DNA from: Piromyces finnis finn | Taxonomy: Eukaryota; Fungi; Neocallimastigomycota | Assembly (NCBI GenBank): GCA_002104945.1 | Contig: MCFH01000006.1 | Coordinates: 186,001 to 250,000, forward strand | Reading direction: 5' to 3' | Length of the DNA: 64,000 nucleotides | In this document: positions 14,901-28,323 of the stretch, piece by piece | How positions within the stretch are numbered: the first letter of the stretch is position 1 | Layout: each line of letters opens with the position of its first letter | Translations under genes and position numbers: made by a program | Notes under the pieces: generated by a model | Seen by the model: only the letters and a program-made list of their open reading frames with translations | Told to the model about the DNA's origin: nothing | Databases searched by the model: none

Positions 14901-15129
14901 AAAAGAAGAAAAGGAAACCCAAAAATTATTAAATAAATTAATTGAATTAAAATTGAAGAAATTTGAATTAAAATTCAAAAATTTTGAATTATTAGAAAAG
15001 AATGTTGAAAATGAAAAGAAAGAATTTGAAAGACAACATCAAAATCTTTATATTGATAAATTGGTATATAAAAGACATATACAACAACAAAACAGTGACA
15101 ATACCAATAAAAGGGCAAAGTTTTATTAA
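11918..15129 (+). CDS. SWI3: SWI/SNF-RSC core subunit of the SMARCC/Swi3/Rsc8 family (N-terminal SMARCC module, SWIRM, ZZ finger, SANT, coiled coil)
   Basis: [15 protein letters not shown]...[24 protein letters not shown]...[14 protein letters not shown]; ZZ-like CSACKTEC...CPNCYSEG; [24 protein letters not shown]...[16 protein letters not shown]; [18 protein letters not shown]. Exons join in frame at GT-AG sites. Confidence 0.92.
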
Positions 15130-15367
15130 ATTGTTTTCATAACTTTAATAATTTAATTGAATAATATGTTAATCCTTTACTATTTTCTTCTTTTTTATAT
15201 TAATTTCATTCTCTAAAGTGAGTAAACTAAAACATTTTAGTTTATAATACTACAATAGTCGCAATTGTAATACATTTATTTTATTAATTATTTAAGCATT
15301 AATTTTCATATATAATTTTTTTTTTGTTTTAATCTTTTGTATTTTTATTTAATATATTCTTTTAATA

Positions 15368-15400
<33 letters not shown>

Positions 15401-15844
15401 ATTTTTTTTTTTTTTTATTTCTACATCATAACAATAAATAAATTTAAATTTCAAAATATAATATATACTATAAATTTTAATTTAATGGTGTATATATAAG
15501 AAAAATACGATGAAATAATAAGAATTTGGTTTATTCAACTACAAAAAATATTTAGTTATTATGAAAGAAACAAAAAGTGTCATAATGCATATTTATTCAT
15601 CAAACTCTTCCTTTTTGCGTTTTAAAAAGCATTAAAATTACAAATTACAAGATCTTGTTAACTTTTGTTAATATTCAATAATGATTGGTTGAAAATCTAA
15701 AATAATTTCAATTTTATATTTTGTTATACTATACATTTATATATTTCGATCAAGGTTACACAAAACCAACATTATAATTTTATTATAAAAATAATTTTAT
15801 TTTAAAGTACTTAAAGTTTAAAATAATAAAGAAAAATAATAAAA

Positions 15845-17262
15845 ATGAATGACGAAAGAGTTATGTCATTATTAGAAGCTGCTTCTTTGGGGTATGACAA
15901 ATATAATATTATATATTTATTATTGTCTTTTTCAATTCCTGATATTTTATAATATTAATTATTAAGAAATTTTAATAAATTATAAACTAATATAATATTA
16001 TATTTTCCATAATAAAGTAACTTAAAAGCAGTTAAATATTTTGTTAATGCTGGTGTTAATGTAAAATAAAATAAAATTTGAAAAAAAAAAAAAAATTATT
16101 GTGTAAATAATATAGAAAATAAAAGCTTATAGATTTTATTATTTCATTTATTTTTGAAAATAAACATTTTAATATAAAGGTTAATAAGCAACACAATATG
16201 AATGGAATGACAGCTTTACATTGGTATTTAATCTAATTATCAAATAAATAAATAAAATCATTCGTATATTATATATTTATGATATATTTACAATTAATTT
16301 TTAACAATTTTAACTTGACAAAATGTTTCATTATAAATAAATAAAGGGCTGTTACAAGAAATCACATTGCTGTTGCACAATATTTATTGAATAATGTAAG
16401 CTTAATAAGGGTTTATTAGGGATATAATTTTATTTTTTATTTTTTATAAATTAATATATTCTATATTTTATTTTTAATAATTATAGGGTGCTGATCCAAC
16501 AATAAAAAATACTAAAGGTGAACTTCCATCAGATTTATCAAAATCTGAAGAAATGTCAAAAATTTTAAATGGTAAAAAAATAATAGTAATTACTTTCTTT
16601 ATGCAAAAAAAAAAAAAAAAAAAAATATTGGAATTTCTTTCAATAAATTAATTCAACTATATAAAAATTACTATTTAAATAAATATATATTTAATTAAAT
16701 CTCTAGCTGAATTACCAAAAGAAATTAAAAAATTACCAATCAACTTTGAATTAAGTTATATAAAGAATCCCGATTTATTAAAGGTATGGTCATCACCAGA
16801 TGAATTACCAGAAGAAAAATCTTTTACTCAAATTGAACAAGAAAGAAAAGAAGCAGAATTAAGAAAAATGCAACAACAGCAACAACAACAAAATACTGTT
16901 ACAGATGATAACGAAAAAGAATTTTTAATATATAAAAATGAACAAGAAATGAATAATTTACTTGGATGTGTTTCAATAAATGATAATAGACCAATTGAAG
17001 ATTTGGTTTTAACAATTAAAGAAGTAAATATATATATATATTTATTGAAATAAAGCATTATAAAATCGTATTAAATCTTAAATACATATATTAATAATTA
17101 TGAATTATTTCTTATATTTCGTTTAATTAGGAAATTGATGATTCATCTGAACTTACAACAATTTATAAATGTAATGGCTCTTTAAAAATCCCTGTTAATA
17201 AGAAGCAATACAAATATGCAATCAAGAAAATATTTAAATCCACAAATGTTGTTATTATTTAA
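15845..17262 (+). CDS. Ankyrin-repeat protein, ANKRD40-like; about 7 short exons
   Basis: Spliced N-terminus reads MNDERVMSLLEAASLG-NLKAVKYFVNAGVN-VNKQHNMNGMTALHW-AVTRNHIAVAQYLLNN-GADPTIKNTKGELPSDL. This matches the two-ankyrin N-terminus of ANKRD40 as I recall it. Confidence 0.75.
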
Positions 17263-17337
17263 ATTGAAAAAATAAAGTATATCGTATTAATAAATTATTA
17301 TCTATCTTAATTGTAAAATTGTTTAATATATAATTAT

Positions 17338-17341
17338 AAAA

Positions 17342-17412
<71 letters not shown>
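17338..17412. repeat. (TAAA)n microsatellite
   Basis: Perfect tetranucleotide run downstream of the ankyrin gene. Confidence 0.95.
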
Positions 17413-17417
<5 letters not shown>

Positions 17418-19697
17418 AAATTATATATATTTAGCATAAACAGATGGAGAATTATAATATTTTTTTCATTATTATTATTATTATTATTATTATTGATACC
17501 TATAATAATCGCATATGTGTTATAAAGTTTCATTGATTGTATAAAGATATTTAATTTCTTTCTTTTTTTTTTTATTAAATTTATTTTTTTAATTTGTATT
17601 CAAAAAAACTTTTAAAAGGTCATAATTAATATATTATACATATTATTTATTCTATTAATAATATTACTATATAGTAATGCATTATTTACTTTGTATGTCT
17701 TTTATTTTATATTATAAACTAATTTATTATTAACATATATAATCAAAAACAAAAAACTAATTTGTTATATTTTTTTTAAAAATTAAAAATATACCTAAAT
17801 TCTTAAATAGAATAAAATGATAAAAAAATATATCTTTATTTTTAATAAAATGAGAGATTATAATTATAATAAAATTATATATAAATATAGAACCTAATTT
17901 TAAGCTTTTCTTACACCAAAGAGTTAATTTTTCTTAGTTTTTTTCTAAAAAAAAAAAAAGAAAGAATCTTTTTTTAAACACTAAATTTTATCATAAAGTT
18001 GAATAGGTTGATTAATGATAATGGTAGTAATTGTACTATATATTTTGTAGACGACACACAGAACTCACATTTTTAATGAATTAAAATTTATTCAATCATT
18101 GAATATATAATATGTATTAAATTGTGTCCTTTAAATATGATACAATGATATTTATATTTATTATTATTTCTTTATATTTAAATTAATATTAGAACATTTA
18201 TCATTTTATATATATATATATATATATATAAAATTTCATGGTAAACTGCTCTAACTGTATTGCAACATTGGTTTTTCATAAATTTTTAGATTTTTGAATC
18301 CATTTTCATTTATCTCATTTATATTTACTAAATATTTGAATAAAGTTTTTAAAGAAGCATTAAATTATGAGAATGATTTATATGCCATAACACAATGTAT
18401 TTAACATCTTTTTTTTTTTTTTTTTTTTTTTTAAAGTGATTAATGATTTATGACATTTTAATAATTTATTTATTAAAATTTTCTTTTCATTAGATATCTA
18501 AATTTTATTTTAGAAAGGTGGTTTTTAGTAATATATATTTCTAATATATTTTCTTTGAAAACCATTATCCTTTGTATAGCTGGTTTATTTTTATAAATAT
18601 TTAAATTACATTTAATTATATTATAATTACTCTTACTATTACTAAAAGAACCTTTCTTCTTTTTATTTTTCAAAAATTGCTATAAATTGTTGTCGATAAC
18701 ATAGAATTTTTTCTTTTTTTCTTTTTTTTATTATTTAGTATTATTTTTCACAAAAATGTAAATATAAAAATAAAATAATTTTTTTTTTTTTTTCAGTTTA
18801 TTTTTTCATCTTACAAAAATTTTTATTTTTTCATACACTATATAATTATATTGATAATTATTAGTAATAATAATATTATATAAATTATATAATAGTATAG
18901 AAGGAGGAATAAAAAGAGGGAGAAGAAAATAGGAAAAAATAATGTAAGAAAAAAGAAACAAGTATATATATCCATAAATATATATATTTATATTTATATC
19001 ATATGAGTTAAAAATATTTAATATTGAAAAAAAGTCTTAACTTTAAATATCAAATAATAAAAGTTTTATTAATGTAATATAATAATAACAATAATAGTAA
19101 AAATAGTAATAGAAATAATAATAAAAAATAAATAATAAAGGCATTTAATATTGCTATATTATGTATATGTATGTTAAACCTTTTTCATATATTTTTTATT
19201 TAAAAAAAAAAGAAAAAGAAATATGCTTTTATATTTTTAATATATCAAAATAGAAGATATTAATTGAATTTCAAATTTGAAATTACCCATAAATAATCTT
19301 TTTAAAAATAAATGAATTATATATATATATTCTAATATATTCTAATATTTAAATATGCATACTTTTATTGAAATTTAATTAGATAATAATAGTAATAGTT
19401 GTAAGAAATATATAAAATATAGCATTTCTAAAACAAATTTTAACAACTAAATCTGACATTTATTACTGAATTAGTTTCAATTCAACAACAATATAATAAT
19501 AGTAATGTCAACAATAATACTTTTTTTTTTTTATTTTAAATATTTTAGTTTCCCTAATAATTCTTTTCATTTTAATATAATATTTTACTTTATTTTTTTA
19601 TTTTTTTGAAATTTATAATAGATTTTAAATGAATATTAATTGTATGTTATTTTTATTTTTAAAATCAATTTTTGTGCAATAGACCAACAAACTCAAC

Positions 19698-22600
19698 ATG
19701 GTAAATAAAAGAACTTTGGATTCTGATAAACAAAAAAATAAAAAACAGAAAACTGATAATGGTATGTTGATTTTTTTTTTAATTATTATATGTAAGTTTT
19801 TGTAATTTAGTAGTATCTAATCTAATATTAAAATACTATTTATTATACATATAACATATATATAATAAAGAAACAAACATTCAAGAATCAGTAAGAATAT
19901 AATAAATTGATTAAAGTTGAAATTTTTTTAATGATAATAAATATTTAAATTTTTAATTATTAATTATAAAGGAAAAACCAAATAAAAGTGAAATAGAAGT
20001 TAAACCAAAAAGGTCTGCAAGATTAAGGAATAGAAGTAAAACTAATAGTGTTAGTAGCGTAGAGAATAATTTGAACAATACTGATAATATTATAAATAAT
20101 AGTGTGAGTACTGGGGATAAGTCTATATCTTCAGGAGTAAATAACGAATCAAAAACATTAAATAATACAGAGGAAGAAAAATTGAATAGTAAAATTAGTA
20201 GTCCAAATGTTGGAACACGTGCGAAGAATATAAGAAAAACTAAAAAAGTAGATAATGAAATGTCTTCTTCTGCTCCATCAACCCCAACAGGTAGAAGTAG
20301 AAAATCTTCTGTGAAAACAGAAGATGTATCAGAGCAATCATTAATAAAGTCACCAAAAGCAAAACCAAAAACAAAACGTACTAGAGGAAGAAGATCAACA
20401 AAAAGTGAGGAATATATTGTAGAAGAACCAGAATCAGATGGTGGATCTGTTACTACTATTGATCCAGTGGAGAAAGAAATTAAGAGAAAATCACAATCAA
20501 TTGTAGTAGAGATTGAACAACATAAAGAATTGAATTTAATGAAATCTTCTTCTAATTTACTAACATCATCAGAAGTATCAAAACAAGACACTGAAACCTC
20601 AAATATTTTATCTAATCAAACGATTTCATCTATAGATGTAAATGATACAGATAATAATGAAAATATCAATCAACAATTGATAAATCAAGAACCTGTAAAG
20701 AAAGAAAATATTGAAATAAATTCTGGAGAAACTCCAAAACAATTTACTATTGATATAAAACCAAATGTAGAGGCAAATGAATTACTATCTAAATCTAATG
20801 AAAATAGTACGAATGATAAAAATAATAACAACGTTATATCATCGACAACAAATAATTCAACGAATAGTACAACAAAAAATACAGCATCATCTAATCATTA
20901 TAATTCAAGACTCCATAGTAAAAGAAAGAAGAAAATTACTTTGAAAAAATCAGATCTTTCAGGAAGAAGTATTCATATACCGGCAGGATTAGTAAATCCA
21001 TTTAAAGAAAAATCACATCATCAAAAAGTTGATGAAAGTATTAAAGAAGATATGTTAATTATTAGAGAATGCATTCAACAGAAATCAGAAACAACAAATA
21101 AAGAAGCACCAGAAAAACAAGATATTGGGTAATTTTTTTTTTCATTTTTATTTTGTTTAATAACAATATTGCTAATTTTTTTTTAACATATTTTAATTTT
21201 TTAATTTATGATACTAAATAATTAATTAAAGAACAAAAAAGTAAGTTTTTATTTCTTTCACAATCCATTATTATTATTATAATCAATAATTTTTTATTAA
21301 TTTAATCGTTAATATATTTATATATATTGTCTTTATTATTTTTTAAATTTTATTTAATTATTATTAATACTTGCTTTAGGAATCCACATGGAACTCGTAG
21401 AAGTTTGAGAAGAACATCTTTAGCAAATTCAAATCAATCTCATGGCACAAATGTTAATAGTGTTACTTCACCTAAGGCACGATATTCATCAGAACAACTA
21501 ACAAAATTAAATTCATATAATCAAGGTGTTCTTCCATTTTATGCATTAGATGATGTGTCAAAGGTATTTTTCATACACACACTTTTTTTTTTTTTTCATT
21601 TAATTATAAAATTATAAGCATTATTTGTATTTATTTTATTCATGTTAAATAATAATCTAATTCTAAAATTTAATATAAAAAGACTGAAGTAAATGATGAT
21701 TATTGTTCAACATGCCACCAATCTACAGGATGCTTTTTATGTTGTGATTCCTGTCCAAAAAGTTTTCATTTTGATTGTGTAAATCCTCCATTAGATAAGT
21801 CTAATATACCAGAAGGCATATGGGAATGTAAAGAATGTCGTGCTAAGAAAGATCCAGACTTATTAAAAAATGATTCAAATGAAAAGGATTATTGGAAGGT
21901 ATTATTAAAAAATTTAGATAGACATAATCCAAGAAACTTCGAATTACCAGATTGGCTGGTTAATGAATATGAAAATATAATTAAAAATCCAGTTACTGGT
22001 GATTATTTGGATGTTTCACAATGGAAGTCTGTTAGAATAAGTAGAAATGGTACAATATCACATTCATCACAAAATGACAATTCTCTAAAAACTATACCTA
22101 TTTGCTATAAATGTGGTGAAGGAATTTCAAAAGTACGAAAAAACATATTTATAATAATATTATATTTTTAATTTCTATTTAATTTTTTATTAATGAAAGT
22201 ATAATATATATATATATAAATATTTATAAAAAGGATCATTTAGTTCAATGCGATTATTGTGACCTTTCATGGCATTTAGATTGTTTAGACCCACCATTAT
22301 CTAGTAACCCAAATACTAATGTTATTTTAATAGGCAACGCCAATAGTAATGGCATTATCACAAAACATAATAATAATTCTAGCAATCATGATAATAATTC
22401 AGAACATATTCATTCAAAAGAAAATGTAGTAATAGAAAATCATAGAATTTATGGAATGAAAAGAAAATGGATGTGTCCATGCCATGCTGACTGGGAAATG
22501 CCTAAAAAAAGACACAAAAAATCTGTTATTGAAGTAGATATTGAAAATTTAAGTGAAGCAGATTTTGAAAAAATCGATGAATTTGAAGCAGAAAGAGTTG

Positions 22601-23925
22601 GTAGTGATGATGAATTAAGCAATAATTCACATGCTAAATCTAATAATATAAATAATTCAAATGATATATCTACGAATAATATCAACAATTCTACTATAGA
22701 TATTAAAAAAGAAAGTAATGATAAAGTAATTGATTTATGTGATGATGTAGATATTAAAAAAGAAGATTCAGAAGAACCAGTAATTAATCATTATAGTGAT
22801 AATACTAAGGAAATAAAAAGAGGAATCAGTAAATCTTATGTTGAATTAGGTAATTAGTTTAAGAATTAATATTTCATTTTACAATTAATATTGATACTTA
22901 TTATAATAAATTAATATAAAATTAAATGATAATGCATAATAAAGATAAAACAAACTTTAATCCAGTTGCAGTTCAAAATGAATTCATAGAGCATGTTCAA
23001 AAGTAACTATAAATTTATAATTTTAAATATATTAAGTATATTATATTAATAAACTTCATTTATTTTTAATATTCATTAATTATTAATTTAAACTAATAGC
23101 TTAAAAAGTTCATTAAGATCATATAATAAGAAAGTTATGGAATTACCGGATCAACCAATAGTGTATCATTCTAATATTCATAATTTATATTCTAATAATG
23201 AAAGTGATAAGGAGTTAATTCCAAATATTCCAGAACAAGATATTGAAGATGTAAGTTTAATTTGAGTAAAAAAAAAAAAAAAAGAAATTATAATTTAAAA
23301 AATAATTTATTAAAACAATTATATCAATGTTTTCTTTTTAATTTTTTATATAGTGGCTGTCTACAGTATCGTCATTACAACAAGATATAGCTAAAGAATT
23401 AAATTATAGAAAGTCCTTTAAAAAGTTTTGGGATAATATTCGTATTGAAAGACTACCTGACCCACCATATGATGCTTGCACTAAAAATAAACAATATGAA
23501 AAGGATCAAATTAATAAATTAGAAATTTTATGTAAAACAGCATTAGTTAGTATCCTATAAATATTAAGAAATATAAGAATCAAACTATTAGCTATTTAAT
23601 ACTAGATTCTAACTTTTTATTATTATAATATATAATTTAATAATTTTTATTTAATTAATAGGATGCTCCATATAATCAATATGTAAATTCTAATAATATT
23701 ACACAATTATTAGATTCAAAGATTTTATTCAATGATGATAAAACGATAAAAGAAAGAATTATGAATGAGACAGATGAAATAACTGAAGAACAAAGTAATA
23801 ATAAAGCAGACAAAGATTCATCTTCTGAAATTATATCAAAAGATGATCCATTATTTAAGCAATTTTTAACATGGAGAAAACTTTGTAAAACTATTTTAAA
23901 TCCATCGTCTATCAATAATATATAA
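19698..23925 (+). CDS. RCO1: Double PHD-finger protein, Rco1/Cph1-2/PHF12-like (Rpd3S/Sin3 HDAC complex)
   Basis: PHD1 NDDYCSTCHQSTGCFLCCDSCPKSFHFDCVNPPL...WECKEC (about 21690-21840). PHD2 ICYKCGE / LVQCDYCDLSWHLDCLDPPL...KRKWMCPCHAD. Long S/K/N-rich N-terminal exon. Some internal exon boundaries are approximate. Confidence 0.8.
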
Positions 23926-24502
23926 TTTTCAAAAATATTTATTCTTAATATCACTTTTTTTTTTTTTTATTTCTAAATAATTTAAAATTATAAAATTATT
24001 TTTGTTGTGCAACGCAACATCATATTAATAGATATTAATTGTTGGGTTTTTCTTTCTTTCTTTTTTTTTTTTTTTTTTTCCTATTTCTCTTTTGTTATAT
24101 ACATATTGGCATTCATTTTTCATTTTTCTATTTATATTATTTAACAACACTTTCATTTTTTGTTCTTAATTAATAATTTAATTTTCTGTTTATCTTTTTT
24201 TTTTTTTTTAAATTTTTATAAATGCCAATAAAAAAATGAAAGATTATTATAGTAGTAATAAAAAAATATATATATATATTAATAAAAAGATAATAATATT
24301 AAATAAATACTTAATATATAATATTATAGTAAAGTGTTAACAAAACGTAATGAATTATAAAATTTTATAGATATGGATATATGAATAAAAATAATTTGTT
24401 TTTATTTTTGGTTTTATTAATAAATTAAATTAATAAATATAAATTCATAAAATAATTTTTTTCTATTTCTATTTCTATAAGGTATATAAAATTATTTTAT
24501 AT

Positions 24503-25810
24503 TTATGTTACATAATTTATACGTTGTTGGACATAGTGATGATCAACGACTGATAAATCAACGATACTATCATTTCATATAATGATTTAACATGATATAT
24601 AATATACTGTTAATACTTATATTTTTTTTTTTTTTCATTTTATTTTATTTTTTTTATTACTTTGATATTTACCCTTTTAAATATGATGCAAATGTATTTA
24701 ATTCATCAGTAACAATTTTTACATTATCTTTAGTATAAGTTGAATATGCTTCAACAAGCCAAATTGATTTTGTATGTTTTAAATGTTTTGCGGAAGATAA
24801 ATCATATTGCTTCTTTATCTTTTATTATTACGATATTAATTTAGAAATGATACAATAAATTTATTAGCTGTGAATGTTTTATTATCAAATTATATATTAT
24901 TATCATTAAATTTTTGTTAATATTTATATAAAAAATAAAATATATAGAAAAAAAAACCCCTACTTGATATGTTTGGACTACTTTTATTCTTATATTTTTA
25001 CAACCGAAAATAAAACCTCTTTGTACATATTCAAAATGAAATCTTTTTTATATTGCAAAATATTGATTTTTTTTTTTATTATAATTATTAGTACTGAGAA
25101 ATGTATAATAATACTAATACTAATACTACTACTACTACTACTACTAATAATAATAATAATGTATTTACTTGTATCCTAATAATTTTAAAAATTCAAATAT
25201 ATTTCCATTTGTTTTTATTTTTCGTATTGGTTTAACAATGCAGCTTGTTATTCTTGAATCAGGATTTCCAATTAAATTGATTGTCCTGTATTTATGTATA
25301 AAATTTTTAAGATTTAATTCAAATTAAATATGATTATACTTTTGTTATTAACTTTATTATATTTTGTTTACCAGTCATTATCCAAAACAGAATTTGATTT
25401 ATAATTGTAATTTTCATCTAGTAAATTACAATTAATTTTTATTATAACATCATTATTTCTTTCTGGGCCAATTGGTGTTTCAACTAATTCATTTTTTTTT
25501 TTTTAAAAAAATATTAAAAATGAATAAGAAATTTATTTTAAATTATATATCCTTTTTTTTTTAATTACTGATATCTAAAATCCATACCTGAGGGTATAAA
25601 AGAAATAACGTGTTCAGCATAGTTTTGTTTTCCGTTATAACCATTAATATTTTCTGATAAACCTAGTAATCTGTCAAATAATTTCGGAAGCTGTGATGAT
25701 TTTATATAACCATATAACGATGCTTTTAAGATTTCTGAATCGTTGACATTTTTATTAAACTTTAAATTATGACCTATTTTTAAATTAGAATCATTGGATG
25801 GGTTTAACAT
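24503..25810 (-). CDS. MED18: Mediator head subunit Med18 (Srb5); 6 exons, mostly missed by the ORF track
   Basis: Spliced protein: KASLYGYIKSSQLPKLFDRLLGLSE...EHVISFIPS / ELVETPIGPERNNDVIIKINC...DNDW / TINLIGNPDS...NIFEFLKLLGYK / FHFEYVQRGFIF..IRIKVVQTYQ / IWLVEAYS...DELNTFASYLKG / IVDLSVVDHHYVQQRINYVT*. The motifs follow the Med18 pattern in order. Confidence 0.82.
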
Positions 25811-26184
25811 TATTTAATATTAATTTTTTTTTTTTTTACTGTAATTGATAAAATTTAAAAAAAAAAAAAAATAATATAAGAATAAAACTTTAATTAGAAA
25901 AAGTGAAAATTTTAAAAAGTACAGAAAAAACATAAATTTTGTCTATGAATGATTATCACATGACATAAAACATATACTTAAAAAAGTGGAACTTATATTC
26001 AGAACCAAATTTAAAATTTTAACTTTATATAAATAAAATTAATACTTTGAGTTTTGAAAACAAGCTTTGAAAGAAAAAGAATAAAAATAGAAAAGAAAAA
26101 TTATCTTTAAATAAAATTTACTTATTTTATATAATATCATATTAATTAAAGCATGAATTAATATAAAGTATATTACATTTCTAT

Positions 26185-26264
26185 TAAATAAATCAATAAA
26201 TCAATAAGTAAATAAATAAATCAATAAATCAATAAGTAAATAAATAAGTAAATAAATCAATAAG

Positions 26265-26319
<55 letters not shown>

Positions 26320-26364
26320 ATCAATAAATCAATAAGTAAATAAATAAATCAATAAATCAATAAG

Positions 26365-26415
<51 letters not shown>

Positions 26416-26416
26416 G

Positions 26417-26455
<39 letters not shown>

Positions 26456-26548
26456 GTAAATAAATAAATAAATAAGTAAATAAATAAATAAGTAAATAAA
26501 TAGATAAATAAGTAAATAAGTAAATAAATAAATAAATAAATAAATAAG

Positions 26549-26587
<39 letters not shown>

Positions 26588-26644
26588 GTAAATAAATAAA
26601 TAAATAAGTAAATAAATAAATAAGTAAATAAATAGATAAATAAG

Positions 26645-26675
<31 letters not shown>

Positions 26676-26676
26676 G

Positions 26677-26739
<63 letters not shown>

Positions 26740-26796
26740 ATGAATAAATAAATAAATAAATAAGTAACTAACTAACTAAATAAATGAATGAATGAA

Positions 26797-26847
<51 letters not shown>

Positions 26848-26848
26848 A
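26185..26848. repeat. About 660-bp degenerate (TAAA)n array with TAAG/TCAA/TAGA variants
   Basis: Continuous 4-bp periodicity between the divergent MED18 and PP2A-A genes. Confidence 0.95.
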
Positions 26849-27578
26849 AACTTTTTTATATTAATTATGATTCTGAATGTATTTATTAATAATATTTATT
26901 TTAATTATTTTTTATATTATATTATCAACAAAGATATGTTAAAAAGAAAAATTAAATTATATATTAATAATTTAGTTTTATAATTAAAAAAAAAAAAAAT
27001 TAATAATATTTTTAAAAAAACTAAATCTTCTTCATTTTAAATTTTTTAAAGTAAATAAATTTTAATAAAAATCAATTGGAAATTTAAAATAAAATGTGTG
27101 TATAAAATAATTAAATATCAATAATAAAAACAATAATAACAAAAAAAAAATAGTATATAATATTTAACACATCAATATAAAATAAAAATTATATTAATAA
27201 TTCATTTTATAATAGTAATAATAAAAATTATAAGTGATTGTAATATTAATGAAGCCGATAGATATATAAATATATAAACTCTAAACAATTATTTATTTTA
27301 CTAGAAATAAAAAAAAATATTATTGACACTATTTTATTTTTCATAATATTGATAAAAATTATTTTTATAAATTAAATCATTAACAATTTTATTTTTATTT
27401 ATAATTTTATTTATAAATGTAATAATAATATATTATTCAATAAATAAATATAAAACAATAAAAAAACAACAACAACAAACAACAACAACAACAGCTACAC
27501 TTTTTTTTTATATAAATAATTTTAAAATAAAAATAAATCAATTAACTTTTTATTTCATATATATAAAGAGAGGAAAAT

Positions 27579-28292
27579 ATGAATCCAGAAGACGAAGTTA
27601 ATTCACTTTATCCAATTGCTGTTTTAATTGATGAATTAAAACACGATGATGTTTCATTAAGATTAAATGCAATCCGTAATTTAACCACCATTGCCTCTGC
27701 TTTAGGTGTTGAAAGAACAAGAGAAGAATTAATTCCATTTCTTGATGGTAAAATTTTATATATAATAATAAAAATAAAATTCTTTGAAATATAGAGAAAA
27801 ATAGGGATTATATTTTTTTTATTAAATTTTATAAAGTTAAAAATACTTAAAACTGCATTTTTAATTAATGTTAAAAAGAGATAATATAATATAGCAAATT
27901 TGTAATTTATTATTACTATCATAATTTCTAAAAGTTCTATTAAGAAAGATATTCCTTTTATTTGATGGACAATACATAAAGCCAAATATTACAAATTAAT
28001 TATATTGTTACTTTTAAAATTATGATTTATCATACATCTTAAATATTATTGTGTAGCAATAGTATATTTATAATAATATTTTTATGTTTTTATGTTAAGA
28101 AGCAGAAAATGTAAAATAAAATTAATAAGTTAAAAGAAAAATTAATATTAATAATGCAATAGGACAAATCAAAAAGAAAATAATTGAAACATTACTTTAT
28201 AATATTTGGATATTTATATACATAAACATAAAAAACAAAAAAATAAAAATAGTCTAATGAAACATTTACAAATAATGAATTTAAGGGAAATC

Positions 28293-28323
<31 letters not shown>

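Noticed and set aside
17255-17533. ORF with (YLFI)n
   Set aside because: Antisense translation of a (TAAA)n repeat.
18270-18600. Short hydrophobic open stretches (FLNPFSFISFIFTKYLNKVFKEALNYENDLY; ILERWFLVIYISNIF) faintly resembling an ABC-C N-terminus
   Set aside because: Too short and AT-biased, with no consistent exon chain; cannot be supported as a pseudogene without a search.
19953-20591. 212-aa minus-strand ORF (also 8572-8781, 12211-12423, 45388-45582, 47485-48099 and similar)
   Set aside because: Antisense shadows of real + strand coding exons, with no independent motifs.
26185-26848. Repeat array considered as CRISPR-like or telomeric
   Set aside because: It has 4-bp periodicity with no unique spacers and no G-rich telomere motif, in a eukaryotic context with no cas genes.
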